Shown here piece by piece: positions 46,870 to 55,893 of a DNA stretch of 64,000 nucleotides. Below the pieces are notes generated by a model, which saw only the letters and a program-made list of their open reading frames with translations, made no database searches and had not been told where the DNA came from. Source of the DNA: Chthoniobacterales bacterium (GTDB lineage: Bacteria > Verrucomicrobiota > Verrucomicrobiia > Chthoniobacterales > Chthoniobacteraceae); NCBI GenBank assembly GCA_038207335.1, contig JBBQZX010000001.1, positions 288,001 to 352,000 of the forward strand. The letters are read 5' to 3'. The translations under genes were made by a program, and so were the position numbers. Each line of letters begins with the position of its first letter. Position 1 is the first letter of the stretch.

Positions 46870-49197
46870 TTAGTTTTGCGCCACGGTGTCGGCTTTGCGT
46901 TTTAGAAACGGCTCGCTCGTGACGATGCCTGCGATGAGCGCGGAAAATCGGTTGCCGTTTGGCCCCATTTTTTTCACGACTTCCTGCACGGCGCAGCGGT
47001 CGTAGTAATCGAGTCCGCGGCCGAGTGCGTAGGTCATCAGCTTTTCGGTCAAGTTCGTCACGAAGGGCTTGCCCGATTTCAAGACGACCTTGAGGTCGCG
47101 CGCGTCCTTGAATTCCTTTCCGCCTGGCAGTTTGCCGGAGGCGTCGATCGGGAATTTCCCGTCCACCGTGCGGAAGGCACCGGTTGCGTCGAAATTTTCC
47201 AGCGCGAATCCGAGCGGGTCCATTTTCTTGTGGCAGCTCGCGCATTCGGGCCGCGCGACGTGCTCCTCGAGCCGATTCCGCAGCGACGCGCTTTGATTCA
47301 CGGCTTTCTGCTCGCCAAGCGGCGGTACGTCGGGCGGCGGTGGGGAAGGGGGCGTCCCGAGGATTTGCTCCAGGATCCATTTTCCCCGGATGACCGGCGA
47401 GGTGCGCGTCGGCGTGGAGGTGGAAAGCAGCACACTGCCCTGTGTCAGGACACCGCCACGGGGCGAATCTTTTGGTAAATTCACGCGCCGAAAATTGTCC
47501 CCGGACACCCCGTCGATTCCGTAAAATCGGGCGAGCTTTTCATTCAAAAACGTGAAGTTGCCATCGAGCAAATCGCGGACGTCGCGGTCTTCCTGCACGA
47601 CGGCTTGGAAGAAAAGTTCCGTCTCCTCGAGCATCGCGCCTTTGAGCGAGTTGTCCCATTTTGGGAAAGTCTCGGGATCGACCGCGACATCCCAGATATT
47701 GCGGATTTGCAGCCACTGGCCGGCGAAATTGTGGACGAATTGCCGCGCTCGCCAGTCCTTTAACATCCGCGCCGCCTGCTTCTCGAGATTGTTGTCTTCG
47801 CGAAGTTCGCCGGCTTCCGCGAGCTGCATCAGTTCGGCGTCGGGCATCGAACTCCAGAGGAAATAGGAGAGCCGCGAGGCGACCTCGACGTCCGTGAGCG
47901 CGCGCGTCTCACCGGGCTTCGTGTCGCGCGGGTCGAGTTCCCAGCGGTAGAGGAAATTCGGCGAGCAAAGCGCTGCCTGCACCGCTGCCTGCATCCCTTC
48001 CAGAAACGTCCCCTTTTGCTCCAGTGTGAGATCGACGAAATGCGCGAGTCGCTCGACTTCCGCATCGGTAACCGGGCGTCGATACGCGCGCTGCGCAAAC
48101 GGCCGAAGCAGATCCGCCGCGCAGTCATGCTCGCGGCCCGGCAAGGGCATCCGTGTGACGAGCCGCCGATGGCTCTCCGGCAGTGCGGGGCCGTCGGTCG
48201 AGGGCGTCTCGATGTTGATGTAGTTGACGAAAAGATTCCGGTCGCCGCGAAGCTTTTCGTCGGGATTCTTCGTGTCGTTGTAGTTGTTGAGATACGCTAT
48301 CGCGACCCGCTGGAGGCCCGCGTCGATCTTGGCGCGCACCTCGAAATTCGCCGCCCTTTCATTTGGCACATCGAAAACGCGCAGCTCTTTTCCGCCAACA
48401 CGCAGCGCGAGTTTGGGGGCATCGCTCCCCGCCTGCTCACCGTATGCGCGGATGTGGAAAACGTATTCCCCCGTCGTGGGAAATTGAAACTCAGAGACGG
48501 CTTCGCCTTCCCGATAAAGCCCGAACGCACCGCCTTCCGTCGGATGATTCGCGCCATCCTGCGCGGCGAAGCGCGTGCCGTCGATTCGATTCGATACAGG
48601 CTTCCGGGCCGACTCCAGCACGATCGCCCGCTCGGCGATCTCCTGAGCGGCGGCGAGGAATTTCTCCATCAGCATCGGCGAGAGCGAGAGCACGTCGCCG
48701 TTATTGTCAAAGCCGTAGCCGACCTCGTCGTTCGGAAAATCGGTTGGCTGATAATCGACGGCGAGCAGGTCGCGAATCGTGTTGCGATACTCCTCGCGGT
48801 TGAGCCGCCGGATCGTGACGCGGCCAGGATTTGGCGATGCCTTGCAGTCAAGTTGCGAGAGCTGGCCGTCGATGTAATTCATCACGAGCGCCCGCTCCGC
48901 CTCAGTCGGTTGCGGCTTTTTCTCGGGCGGCATGTCGCCGGATTCGAGCTGCTCGGCGACTTTCTCCCACACCTCGCGATTGTCGGTGAGCTTCGCATTT
49001 CCGCCGACGCTTTCGAGATTCACGTCTCCCTTTTGCTTTTTGGAGTTGTGGCAATCGTAGCAAAACTCCTGTAAGAGTGGCTTCACGTGCCCGTCGAGCG
49101 TGACGGGTCCATCGGCCGCCGAGGCAGTAGCTACGAGCATCCCCGAGCCGAGGAAGCCCAGGAAAACGCTGCGGACGCTGGTGGAAAATGGCTGCAT
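46870..49197 (-). CDS. DUF1592-family (DUF1587/1595/1592/1588/1585) protein with c-type heme motifs
   Basis: CYDCH and CASCH heme motifs, MPP, RRLNREEYRNTIRDLL, ASRLSYFLWSSMPD, RTSPVIRGKW, GFALENFD. Confidence 0.92.
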   Translation of the reverse strand: MQPFSTSVRSVFLGFLGSGMLVATASAADGPVTLDGHVKPLLQEFCYDCHNSKKQKGDVNLESVGGNAKLTDNREVWEKVAEQLESGDMPPEKKPQPTEAERALVMNYIDGQLSQLDCKASPNPGRVTIRRLNREEYRNTIRDLLAVDYQPTDFPNDEVGYGFDNNGDVLSLSPMLMEKFLAAAQEIAERAIVLESARKPVSNRIDGTRFAAQDGANHPTEGGAFGLYREGEAVSEFQFPTTGEYVFHIRAYGEQAGSDAPKLALRVGGKELRVFDVPNERAANFEVRAKIDAGLQRVAIAYLNNYNDTKNPDEKLRGDRNLFVNYINIETPSTDGPALPESHRRLVTRMPLPGREHDCAADLLRPFAQRAYRRPVTDAEVERLAHFVDLTLEQKGTFLEGMQAAVQAALCSPNFLYRWELDPRDTKPGETRALTDVEVASRLSYFLWSSMPDAELMQLAEAGELREDNNLEKQAARMLKDWRARQFVHNFAGQWLQIRNIWDVAVDPETFPKWDNSLKGAMLEETELFFQAVVQEDRDVRDLLDGNFTFLNEKLARFYGIDGVSGDNFRRVNLPKDSPRGGVLTQGSVLLSTSTPTRTSPVIRGKWILEQILGTPPSPPPPDVPPLGEQKAVNQSASLRNRLEEHVARPECASCHKKMDPLGFALENFDATGAFRTVDGKFPIDASGKLPGGKEFKDARDLKVVLKSGKPFVTNLTEKLMTYALGRGLDYYDRCAVQEVVKKMGPNGNRFSALIAGIVTSEPFLKRKADTVAQN

Positions 49198-49345
49198 TTT
49201 TGGCACTAGAGTGTGGTGCACGCGGATAACCGCTGCAAGCGGCAGGGATTAGAAGGATTGCGCTACCCGTGCGGCGAGACGCGCGCACCATCGAGGCCCC
49301 TGCAAATCGCCTTGCCAATCGCTGGGGCACCGCGACGGTTCCGCC

Positions 49346-50149
49346 GTGTTTTCAAATCGCAAAATCGCGCTTCTTGCCACCGGCTTCGCTCTCGTTTGCA
49401 CAACTCTGCGCGCACAGGTTGCCGAGCCGCGCGTCATGCTCGCCACGCCCGTCATCCGCACGATCAACGACGCCGTGCTCGCCGAAATCCGCAGGATGCC
49501 CTCTGGCGGCGGCTACGCCACGACCTCCAGCGCGATGGACAAGCTGCAGGAGGCCACGCTCGCCGAGCCCGGGATGCTCGAAATTCACACCGCCGCGGCG
49601 ACGCCGAGCTTCTGCTCCGGCGCCACGTATCTCGTCTTTTTGAAAGTGGTCGAAAAGCTCGTGGATGAGCAGCGGGTGCCACTTTCCACCGAGGCAATCG
49701 CCGCGCTGCCGATCCGCAGGCAGGCCGATGGCGTAGGCGTCTGGGGCCGTTGGAATGCGAACGGACCCGGCACCGCGCGGCTCTTTCACGAGCTCGGACT
49801 CGGGCGAAATTTCACCTCCATCGACGATGCGCTTCCCGGCGACTTCTTGAAGATTTTTTGGAACGACCAAATCGGTTCCCGCGAGTTCGGGCATTCGGTG
49901 ATTTTCCTCGGCCGCGCGGCGACTCCGGCGGGCGCTCCGGCGATCCGATTTTGGTCGTCGAACAAACCCGGCGGCTACGGCGAGCGAGTCGTGGAGCTAA
50001 CGAAGGTCAAGCGCACGCTGTTCTCTCGCTTCGAGCATCCTGAGCGCCTCAGCGCCGCACCGGGACTCGGGAAAGATGCATATCTCGCCGCTATGTTGAA
50101 GCGGGCGAGCACGGCAGACGAAATGGGGAAAATGGTGGGGCTGAGATAG
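49346..50149 (+). CDS. Secreted hypothetical protein, possible divergent NlpC/P60 (Cys-His) hydrolase
   Basis: Signal peptide; FCSG, PGDFLKIFW, GHSVIFLG. Confidence 0.6.
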   Translation: MFSNRKIALLATGFALVCTTLRAQVAEPRVMLATPVIRTINDAVLAEIRRMPSGGGYATTSSAMDKLQEATLAEPGMLEIHTAAATPSFCSGATYLVFLKVVEKLVDEQRVPLSTEAIAALPIRRQADGVGVWGRWNANGPGTARLFHELGLGRNFTSIDDALPGDFLKIFWNDQIGSREFGHSVIFLGRAATPAGAPAIRFWSSNKPGGYGERVVELTKVKRTLFSRFEHPERLSAAPGLGKDAYLAAMLKRASTADEMGKMVGLR

Positions 50150-50317
50150 GGCGGGAGAGCACGCCGAAAACCGAACGGCTGCAACGCGCCCTCAACTTCT
50201 TTAGATTTTGGCAATCATATCGATTTCCAGAAATGAGCGGTTGTGGAAGCGATCAATGTGTCTTAGAGCCAGCGAAGATCGGCGTCGTGTCGGTCATATT
50301 CAGAACTCCCTAGAATT

Positions 50318-53300
50318 ATGAGTCTTGTCCGTCCCCTCCCTGCGCTGTTTTGCGCTCTCGTCCTCGCGGTTTCTTCCCACGGCGCTGCGCCGATTCGGAT
50401 CATGCCGCTTGGCGATTCGATCACCGATGGTTCGTCGTACGATTCGCCGGATGGGACGGGTGGGTATCGCGGGCCGCTATTCGATGCGCTGACGGCTGAC
50501 GGCTACAATGTGGAGTCTGTCGGCTCGCTCACGATCAACAGCACGCTGCGTCCACTGGCTGAGAAATCGCACGAGGGACACAGCGGATGGCGCATCGATC
50601 AGCTCGATTCCGGCATTGCCGGCTGGTTCGAGACTTTCCCCGACCCGGACGTGATCCTCATGCATATCGGGACCAACGATTTCGGGCAGAATCTCAACAC
50701 CACGACCGCGATCGACCGGCTCGATGCGCTGATTTTGAAGATCACGCAACTGCGGCCCTACGCGCATATCGTCGTCACGAATCTCATGGAGCGCGGCGAG
50801 CCCCAGAACGCGGCGATTCAGGCCCAGTTCAATCCCTACGTGCAGGCTCGCGTCGATGCGCACGCGGCTGCCGGGCGGCGCGTCACATTCCTCGACATGC
50901 GCTCCGCGGTGCCGCTCTCGGACATGCCGGATTCGCTGCATCCGGATCAAAATGGATACGTCAAAATGGCGGCTGCGTGGCTGCCCAAGATCGAGGCGAT
51001 CATCGGACCGGATGGCGATGCGGCTCCGCCGGAAATCGCCCGAGCTCGCGGCGCGGCGGATCGCACGCACGTCGCGATCACCTTTAGCAAGCCGGTCGCG
51101 GACAGCGCGGCGACTGCGTCGAATTTCACCCTCAGCGGGGGGATCACTGTCTCCGCCGCGACGCTCAGCGCGGACAAGCGCGTCGTCACTTTGACCACGA
51201 GCACGCAGACGCTCGGCACGACCTACACCGCGACCGTGAGCGGCGTGCAAGATCGGCTTTTCGCCCCCAACTCGATCGCACCGGGGAGCACGAAGACCTT
51301 CGCCGCCGCCACCCCGCGCGGCTATCTCAACAACGTGCCGGAATCCGTCGGCTACACGCTCGCCTGCTCGCTCGACGTGCCGAATCTCGCGAACTACTCG
51401 ACCGCGCAGCCCACCTACAGCATCGACAACCGCAGCGCCGTCGGGCCGTTTTCTCGCGTCGCCTATTACGTCGAGCTCCAGAGCGCGAGCGGCGACTTGC
51501 AATACCTGTGGACGTCGATGAACGCCTTCACGAGCGACGTGAATAAAATCGCGGTGCCGACGGCGGCGACCGGCGCGGTCTTTCAGCAGAACGTGGCGAG
51601 TCTCAATGTCGTATCAAATGTCCCGGGAATCGTGACTGGCACAGGCTTGGCGGGGAATCTTGAGTTCTGGCCGACCAATTATAGCGCGGAGAATGGCGTG
51701 GGGATTTCCGGCGCGAGCGACGCGACTTACGACTTCGGCGACACCATCACGCCGAGCGGAACTTACGGCTCGATGCAGCTCCACAACGCCGCCGCCGGGC
51801 AGACGCTTTTCGCTTTCAACAACTGGGGCGGCGCGACCACTAACACGAACGCCGACCTCGGCATCGGCACGAATCCCGGCGCAAGCGGCAATGGAAGCGG
51901 CCCGCAGCCCGACTGGACCTTCAGCAACAGCGCCGGCAACTACTCGATCAAGACCATCCAGGTGCTCGTGCAAACCACAGGTGACCTAACCGGCCCCACG
52001 GCCGCCTCGGCATTCGCGAGTTTCGGCCGCACCACCGTCACCGTCAGCTTTTCCGAGCCGCTCGCGGCGGGCTCGGTAAAAGCGGGAGACTTCACCATCG
52101 ACAATGGCGTCGTCGTCCTCGGCGCCACCCTCGCGGCTAATCAGCGCGACGTGATCCTCACCACCACCACGCAGCCTGTCGCGCCGCTCACTCTCACGAT
52201 CAGCGGCATCCGCGACTCCTCGCCGAATGCCAATCTCATCGCGCCCGGCTCGACCATCGCTGTCTCCGCACCCGCGCTCCCTCCCGAGATCGTCGCGAAT
52301 GTCGGCGCGGCTTCGAACGGCTACGAGCTCGTCTATTCGCTCGATGTCCCGGTCACCGGGAATCTCAACGCCGCGGGTGCCGCTGCGTATTCCGTCAATG
52401 ACTCGACGGCCGGTGCGCCATTCACCCGTGTCGCCTATTACCTCGAACTGCAAAAGACCGGCCAGCCTTCGCAATTCGCGTGGGTTTCCATGGATGCCTT
52501 CAGTGCGGGGCGCAAAAAGCTCGGCGTGCCGACGGTCGCCAGCGGCGCGTTTTTCCAGCGGAATGTGACGAACATGGAGGTCGTCTCCAACGTCGCCGGC
52601 GTCGTGAACGGCAGCGGCATCGCTACTGGCAACCTCGAGTTCTGGCCGAGCAACTACGCCGCCGCGAAAGCCGCCGCCAGCCCCGCCAATGCCGACGACG
52701 CCACCCTCGACTTCGGCGACAGCGGCGCGAGCACCGGCGCGGGCTACGGCTCCATGCAGATTCACAATTACGGCGCCGCCCAGACCGTCCTCGCCATCAA
52801 TCACTTCGGCGTGGACGGCCAGCCTCTCGACGTCGGCATCGGCACGAACCCCAACGCCTCCGCCAACGCTTCCAACGGGCAGAAGGACTGGACCTTCACC
52901 AGCAACGCCGGCACCTACTCCCGCCGCATCCTGCACGTGCTCGTCCTCCCCGGCGTCACCACACCGCCCGCCGTCACCGCCATCGTCCCGGAGGCCGCGA
53001 ATTACCAACTCCTCTACACGCTCGACATCCCGACCACGGGCAATCTCGTCAGCGGCACTGGCTTCCAGCCTTACACAGTTAATAACGCCGCCGACGTCGG
53101 CCAGTTCAAGCGCGTCGCCTACCTCATGGAACTCCAGAAAACGGGCGACGCCTCCACGCAATACGTCTGGACCTCCATGGACGCCTTCTCCACCGACCCG
53201 TTGAAAGTCGGCGTCCCGACGCCCGCATCAGGCGCGGTCTTTCAGGGGCCGGTGGCCAATATGAACGTCGTCTCGAATGTAGCGGGTGTCGTCAACGGCA

Positions 53301-55414
53301 CGGGCATCACCACCGGCAACATCGAGTTCTGGCCCACCAATTACTCCCAGCCCGTCGTCGCGGGAGTCCTCCCCGGCAATCCCGGCAGCACGACCGCCTA
53401 CGACTTCAACGACACCCGCACCACCACCGGCGCGCACGGCTCCATGCAGATTCACAACTACGGCGCCGCCCAGACCCTCTTCGCCATCAACCACTGGGGC
53501 ACCGCCGGCGCCGGCGCCACCAGTTCCCTCGAAATGGGCATCGGCAACAACCCGAACGGCGCTCAGGCCCCCGACTGGACCCTCACCAACAACGGCTCCA
53601 GCTACGACGTGAAGCGCGTCCTTCGCGTCTTCGTCCTCCCCGGCAGCAGCGACCTCACCGGCCCCGCCATCACCCGCATCACCCCCTCCACCACGCTCAA
53701 CCGCCTCGTCGTCACCTTCAGCGAAACCGTTGCCGACGGCGCCGCCAACCCCGCCAATTTTGCCCTCGACGGCAGCGTCAACGTCACCGGCGCGACTCTG
53801 CTCCCCGGCAACCGCGAAATCGCCCTCACCACCAGCGCCCAGACCGCCGGCACCCTCTACACCGTCTCCGCCGGCGGCATCCGCGACCGCTCGCCGAATG
53901 GCAACGTCACCGTCAGCGCCACCGCCACGTTCACCGCCTACACCCCGCCCGCCGTCCTCGCCAATGTCCCCGACGCCGGATACCAGCTCATCTACCGCCT
54001 TGCCATCCCCGCCGCCTCCGGCCTGTGGAATCTTAACACCATCCCGTATTCCGTGGACGAGGCGAAATACGGCGAGCGTCCCTTCGACCGCGTCGCATAC
54101 CTCATGGAGCTCGACGGCAACTGGGTCTACGCCTCCTTCGACCCCGTCACCAGCACCTTGGCGAAAGTCGGCGTCCCCACCCTCACCGTCAGCGCCACCC
54201 CGTTCCAGCAAATCGTCGCCCACATGAACGTCGCCTCCAACGTCGCCGGCATCGCCACCGGCACCGACATTGCCACCGGCAACATCGAGTTCTGGGGCGG
54301 CAACTACCAGCCCGCCAACGCCATCGGCATCCCCAACGCCAGCGCCACCGACTACGACTTTGGCGACGTCATGACCGCCGGCCAATTCGGCTCCATGCAG
54401 GTCCACAACTACGACCTCGACGGCAGCGGCCCCGCCATCGCCGGCCAGACCATCCTCGCCTACAACAACTGGGGCGGAAACGTTAACCCGAGCGAACTCG
54501 GCATCGGCAACAACCCCACCGCTGGCAGCCCCGGAGTCGGCGGCACCCAGCAGCCCGACTACACGTTCACCCAAAACGCCGGCACCTACACCACGCGCAA
54601 CCTCTACGTCCTCGTCCGCCCCGGCGGCACCGCCGTCGGCCCCGCGCCCCAGCTCTTCTCCCAGCCCACCTCCCGCATCGTCGCAGCCGGCGGCTCCACC
54701 ACCCTCGCCGTCAGCGTCATGGGCAGCGGCCCCTACACATACCAATGGCGTCGAAATGGCGTCGCCATCCTTGGCGCCACCGACTCCTTCCTCGACATCA
54801 CGGGCTTCGGCAGCGGGAAAGCTGGCACCTACGACGTCATTGTCACCAGCGCCGCGGGCGTCAGCACCACCAGCCTTGGAGCCGTCCTCTCCCTGCCGAA
54901 TGCCAACCCCGCCTTCACCTCCTTCGCCTTCACCATCGGCGTGAACGAGCCCGCCTCCATCGCCGCCTCCGACATCCTCGCCAAAGCCACCGACCCCGAC
55001 GGCGACACCCTCACCGTCACCTCCGCCGGCCCCGGCAGCACCCAAGGCGGCACCGTCTCATTGAATAGCGGGGTCATCCTCTACACCCCCGCCACCGCCT
55101 TCATGGGCGCCGACACCTTCACCCTCACCATCGGCGACGGGAAAGGTGGCAGCGTCATTGGAAACATCAACGCCACCGTCACCTCGGCCCCTCTCAACCC
55201 CGGGCGCCAGTCCACCGTCACCGTCCGCGCCGACGGGAAAGTGGACCTCCTCTTCTACGGCACCCCCGGTCAGAGCTACATCATCGAGCGCACCCTCGAC
55301 TTCAGCGTGTGGCAGACCCTCCAGACCGCCACCCCCGGCGACGACGGCCTCCTCCCCTTCACCGACCCAAATCCCCCCGTCGGCAACGCATTCTACCGCA
55401 CCCGCATCCCCTAG
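50318..55414 (+). CDS. Large secreted SGNH/GDSL esterase with Ig-like spacers and four copies of an unrecognised ~210-aa domain
   Basis: GDSIT, GHSG, HIGTND and DSLHP SGNH blocks; repeats with GNxEFWxxNY / DFGD / GSMQxHN / PDWTF; Ig and Big_9-like domains near the C-terminus. Confidence 0.88.
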   Translation: MSLVRPLPALFCALVLAVSSHGAAPIRIMPLGDSITDGSSYDSPDGTGGYRGPLFDALTADGYNVESVGSLTINSTLRPLAEKSHEGHSGWRIDQLDSGIAGWFETFPDPDVILMHIGTNDFGQNLNTTTAIDRLDALILKITQLRPYAHIVVTNLMERGEPQNAAIQAQFNPYVQARVDAHAAAGRRVTFLDMRSAVPLSDMPDSLHPDQNGYVKMAAAWLPKIEAIIGPDGDAAPPEIARARGAADRTHVAITFSKPVADSAATASNFTLSGGITVSAATLSADKRVVTLTTSTQTLGTTYTATVSGVQDRLFAPNSIAPGSTKTFAAATPRGYLNNVPESVGYTLACSLDVPNLANYSTAQPTYSIDNRSAVGPFSRVAYYVELQSASGDLQYLWTSMNAFTSDVNKIAVPTAATGAVFQQNVASLNVVSNVPGIVTGTGLAGNLEFWPTNYSAENGVGISGASDATYDFGDTITPSGTYGSMQLHNAAAGQTLFAFNNWGGATTNTNADLGIGTNPGASGNGSGPQPDWTFSNSAGNYSIKTIQVLVQTTGDLTGPTAASAFASFGRTTVTVSFSEPLAAGSVKAGDFTIDNGVVVLGATLAANQRDVILTTTTQPVAPLTLTISGIRDSSPNANLIAPGSTIAVSAPALPPEIVANVGAASNGYELVYSLDVPVTGNLNAAGAAAYSVNDSTAGAPFTRVAYYLELQKTGQPSQFAWVSMDAFSAGRKKLGVPTVASGAFFQRNVTNMEVVSNVAGVVNGSGIATGNLEFWPSNYAAAKAAASPANADDATLDFGDSGASTGAGYGSMQIHNYGAAQTVLAINHFGVDGQPLDVGIGTNPNASANASNGQKDWTFTSNAGTYSRRILHVLVLPGVTTPPAVTAIVPEAANYQLLYTLDIPTTGNLVSGTGFQPYTVNNAADVGQFKRVAYLMELQKTGDASTQYVWTSMDAFSTDPLKVGVPTPASGAVFQGPVANMNVVSNVAGVVNGTGITTGNIEFWPTNYSQPVVAGVLPGNPGSTTAYDFNDTRTTTGAHGSMQIHNYGAAQTLFAINHWGTAGAGATSSLEMGIGNNPNGAQAPDWTLTNNGSSYDVKRVLRVFVLPGSSDLTGPAITRITPSTTLNRLVVTFSETVADGAANPANFALDGSVNVTGATLLPGNREIALTTSAQTAGTLYTVSAGGIRDRSPNGNVTVSATATFTAYTPPAVLANVPDAGYQLIYRLAIPAASGLWNLNTIPYSVDEAKYGERPFDRVAYLMELDGNWVYASFDPVTSTLAKVGVPTLTVSATPFQQIVAHMNVASNVAGIATGTDIATGNIEFWGGNYQPANAIGIPNASATDYDFGDVMTAGQFGSMQVHNYDLDGSGPAIAGQTILAYNNWGGNVNPSELGIGNNPTAGSPGVGGTQQPDYTFTQNAGTYTTRNLYVLVRPGGTAVGPAPQLFSQPTSRIVAAGGSTTLAVSVMGSGPYTYQWRRNGVAILGATDSFLDITGFGSGKAGTYDVIVTSAAGVSTTSLGAVLSLPNANPAFTSFAFTIGVNEPASIAASDILAKATDPDGDTLTVTSAGPGSTQGGTVSLNSGVILYTPATAFMGADTFTLTIGDGKGGSVIGNINATVTSAPLNPGRQSTVTVRADGKVDLLFYGTPGQSYIIERTLDFSVWQTLQTATPGDDGLLPFTDPNPPVGNAFYRTRIP

Positions 55415-55443
55415 CGCGGGGGCAACGCCCCTGAAGCAGCCTC

Positions 55444-55733
55444 AACAAACTCCGTTTGTGCTCCCACAAACGGCGAAAGTGGGAGCACGAACGGCGAAAG
55501 TGGGGCACTCACACCGTCCGTGATAGCACTGAATAAGTTTGTTGCCGACAAACGGCGTTAGTGGGGGCACTCACGCCGAAAGAGGATGCACGAACGCCGT
55601 CCACGATAGCACGAACTTCGCCCCTGGGGGCATAAACGCCATCTGCGGTGGCGCGGTCCCGTCCGCAGTAGCACGAACGCCAAATGTCACCCACAAACGG
55701 CGTCCGTGGGAGCACGAACGACGTGAGTGGGGG
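55444..55733. repeat. Degenerate tandem array of 14 units of 20-21 bp
   Basis: Units start at 55444, 55465, 55486, 55506, 55527, 55547, 55568, 55589, 55610, 55631, 55652, 55672, 55692 and 55713; consensus approximately CACRAACGSCGWNNGTGGGRG. Confidence 0.9.
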
Positions 55734-55893
55734 CAAGATTGACGACGATTGAAGCCCGGCGCCCCTCCTCACTTGCACGCCCGTCTTTCAACGCCGCACC
55801 CGCGTTCCATCCAAACGCCTCGGATAACCCCCGCCTAATCTCCTCGCCTTATCGCGCGTATCCCTCTTTACTCGTCCGTAATCCCCACGCGCC

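Noticed and set aside
55444..55733. Possible CRISPR array (also the 20595 and 60128 arrays)
   Set aside because: No identical repeats separated by unique spacers, the unit is only 21 bp, and there are no cas genes.
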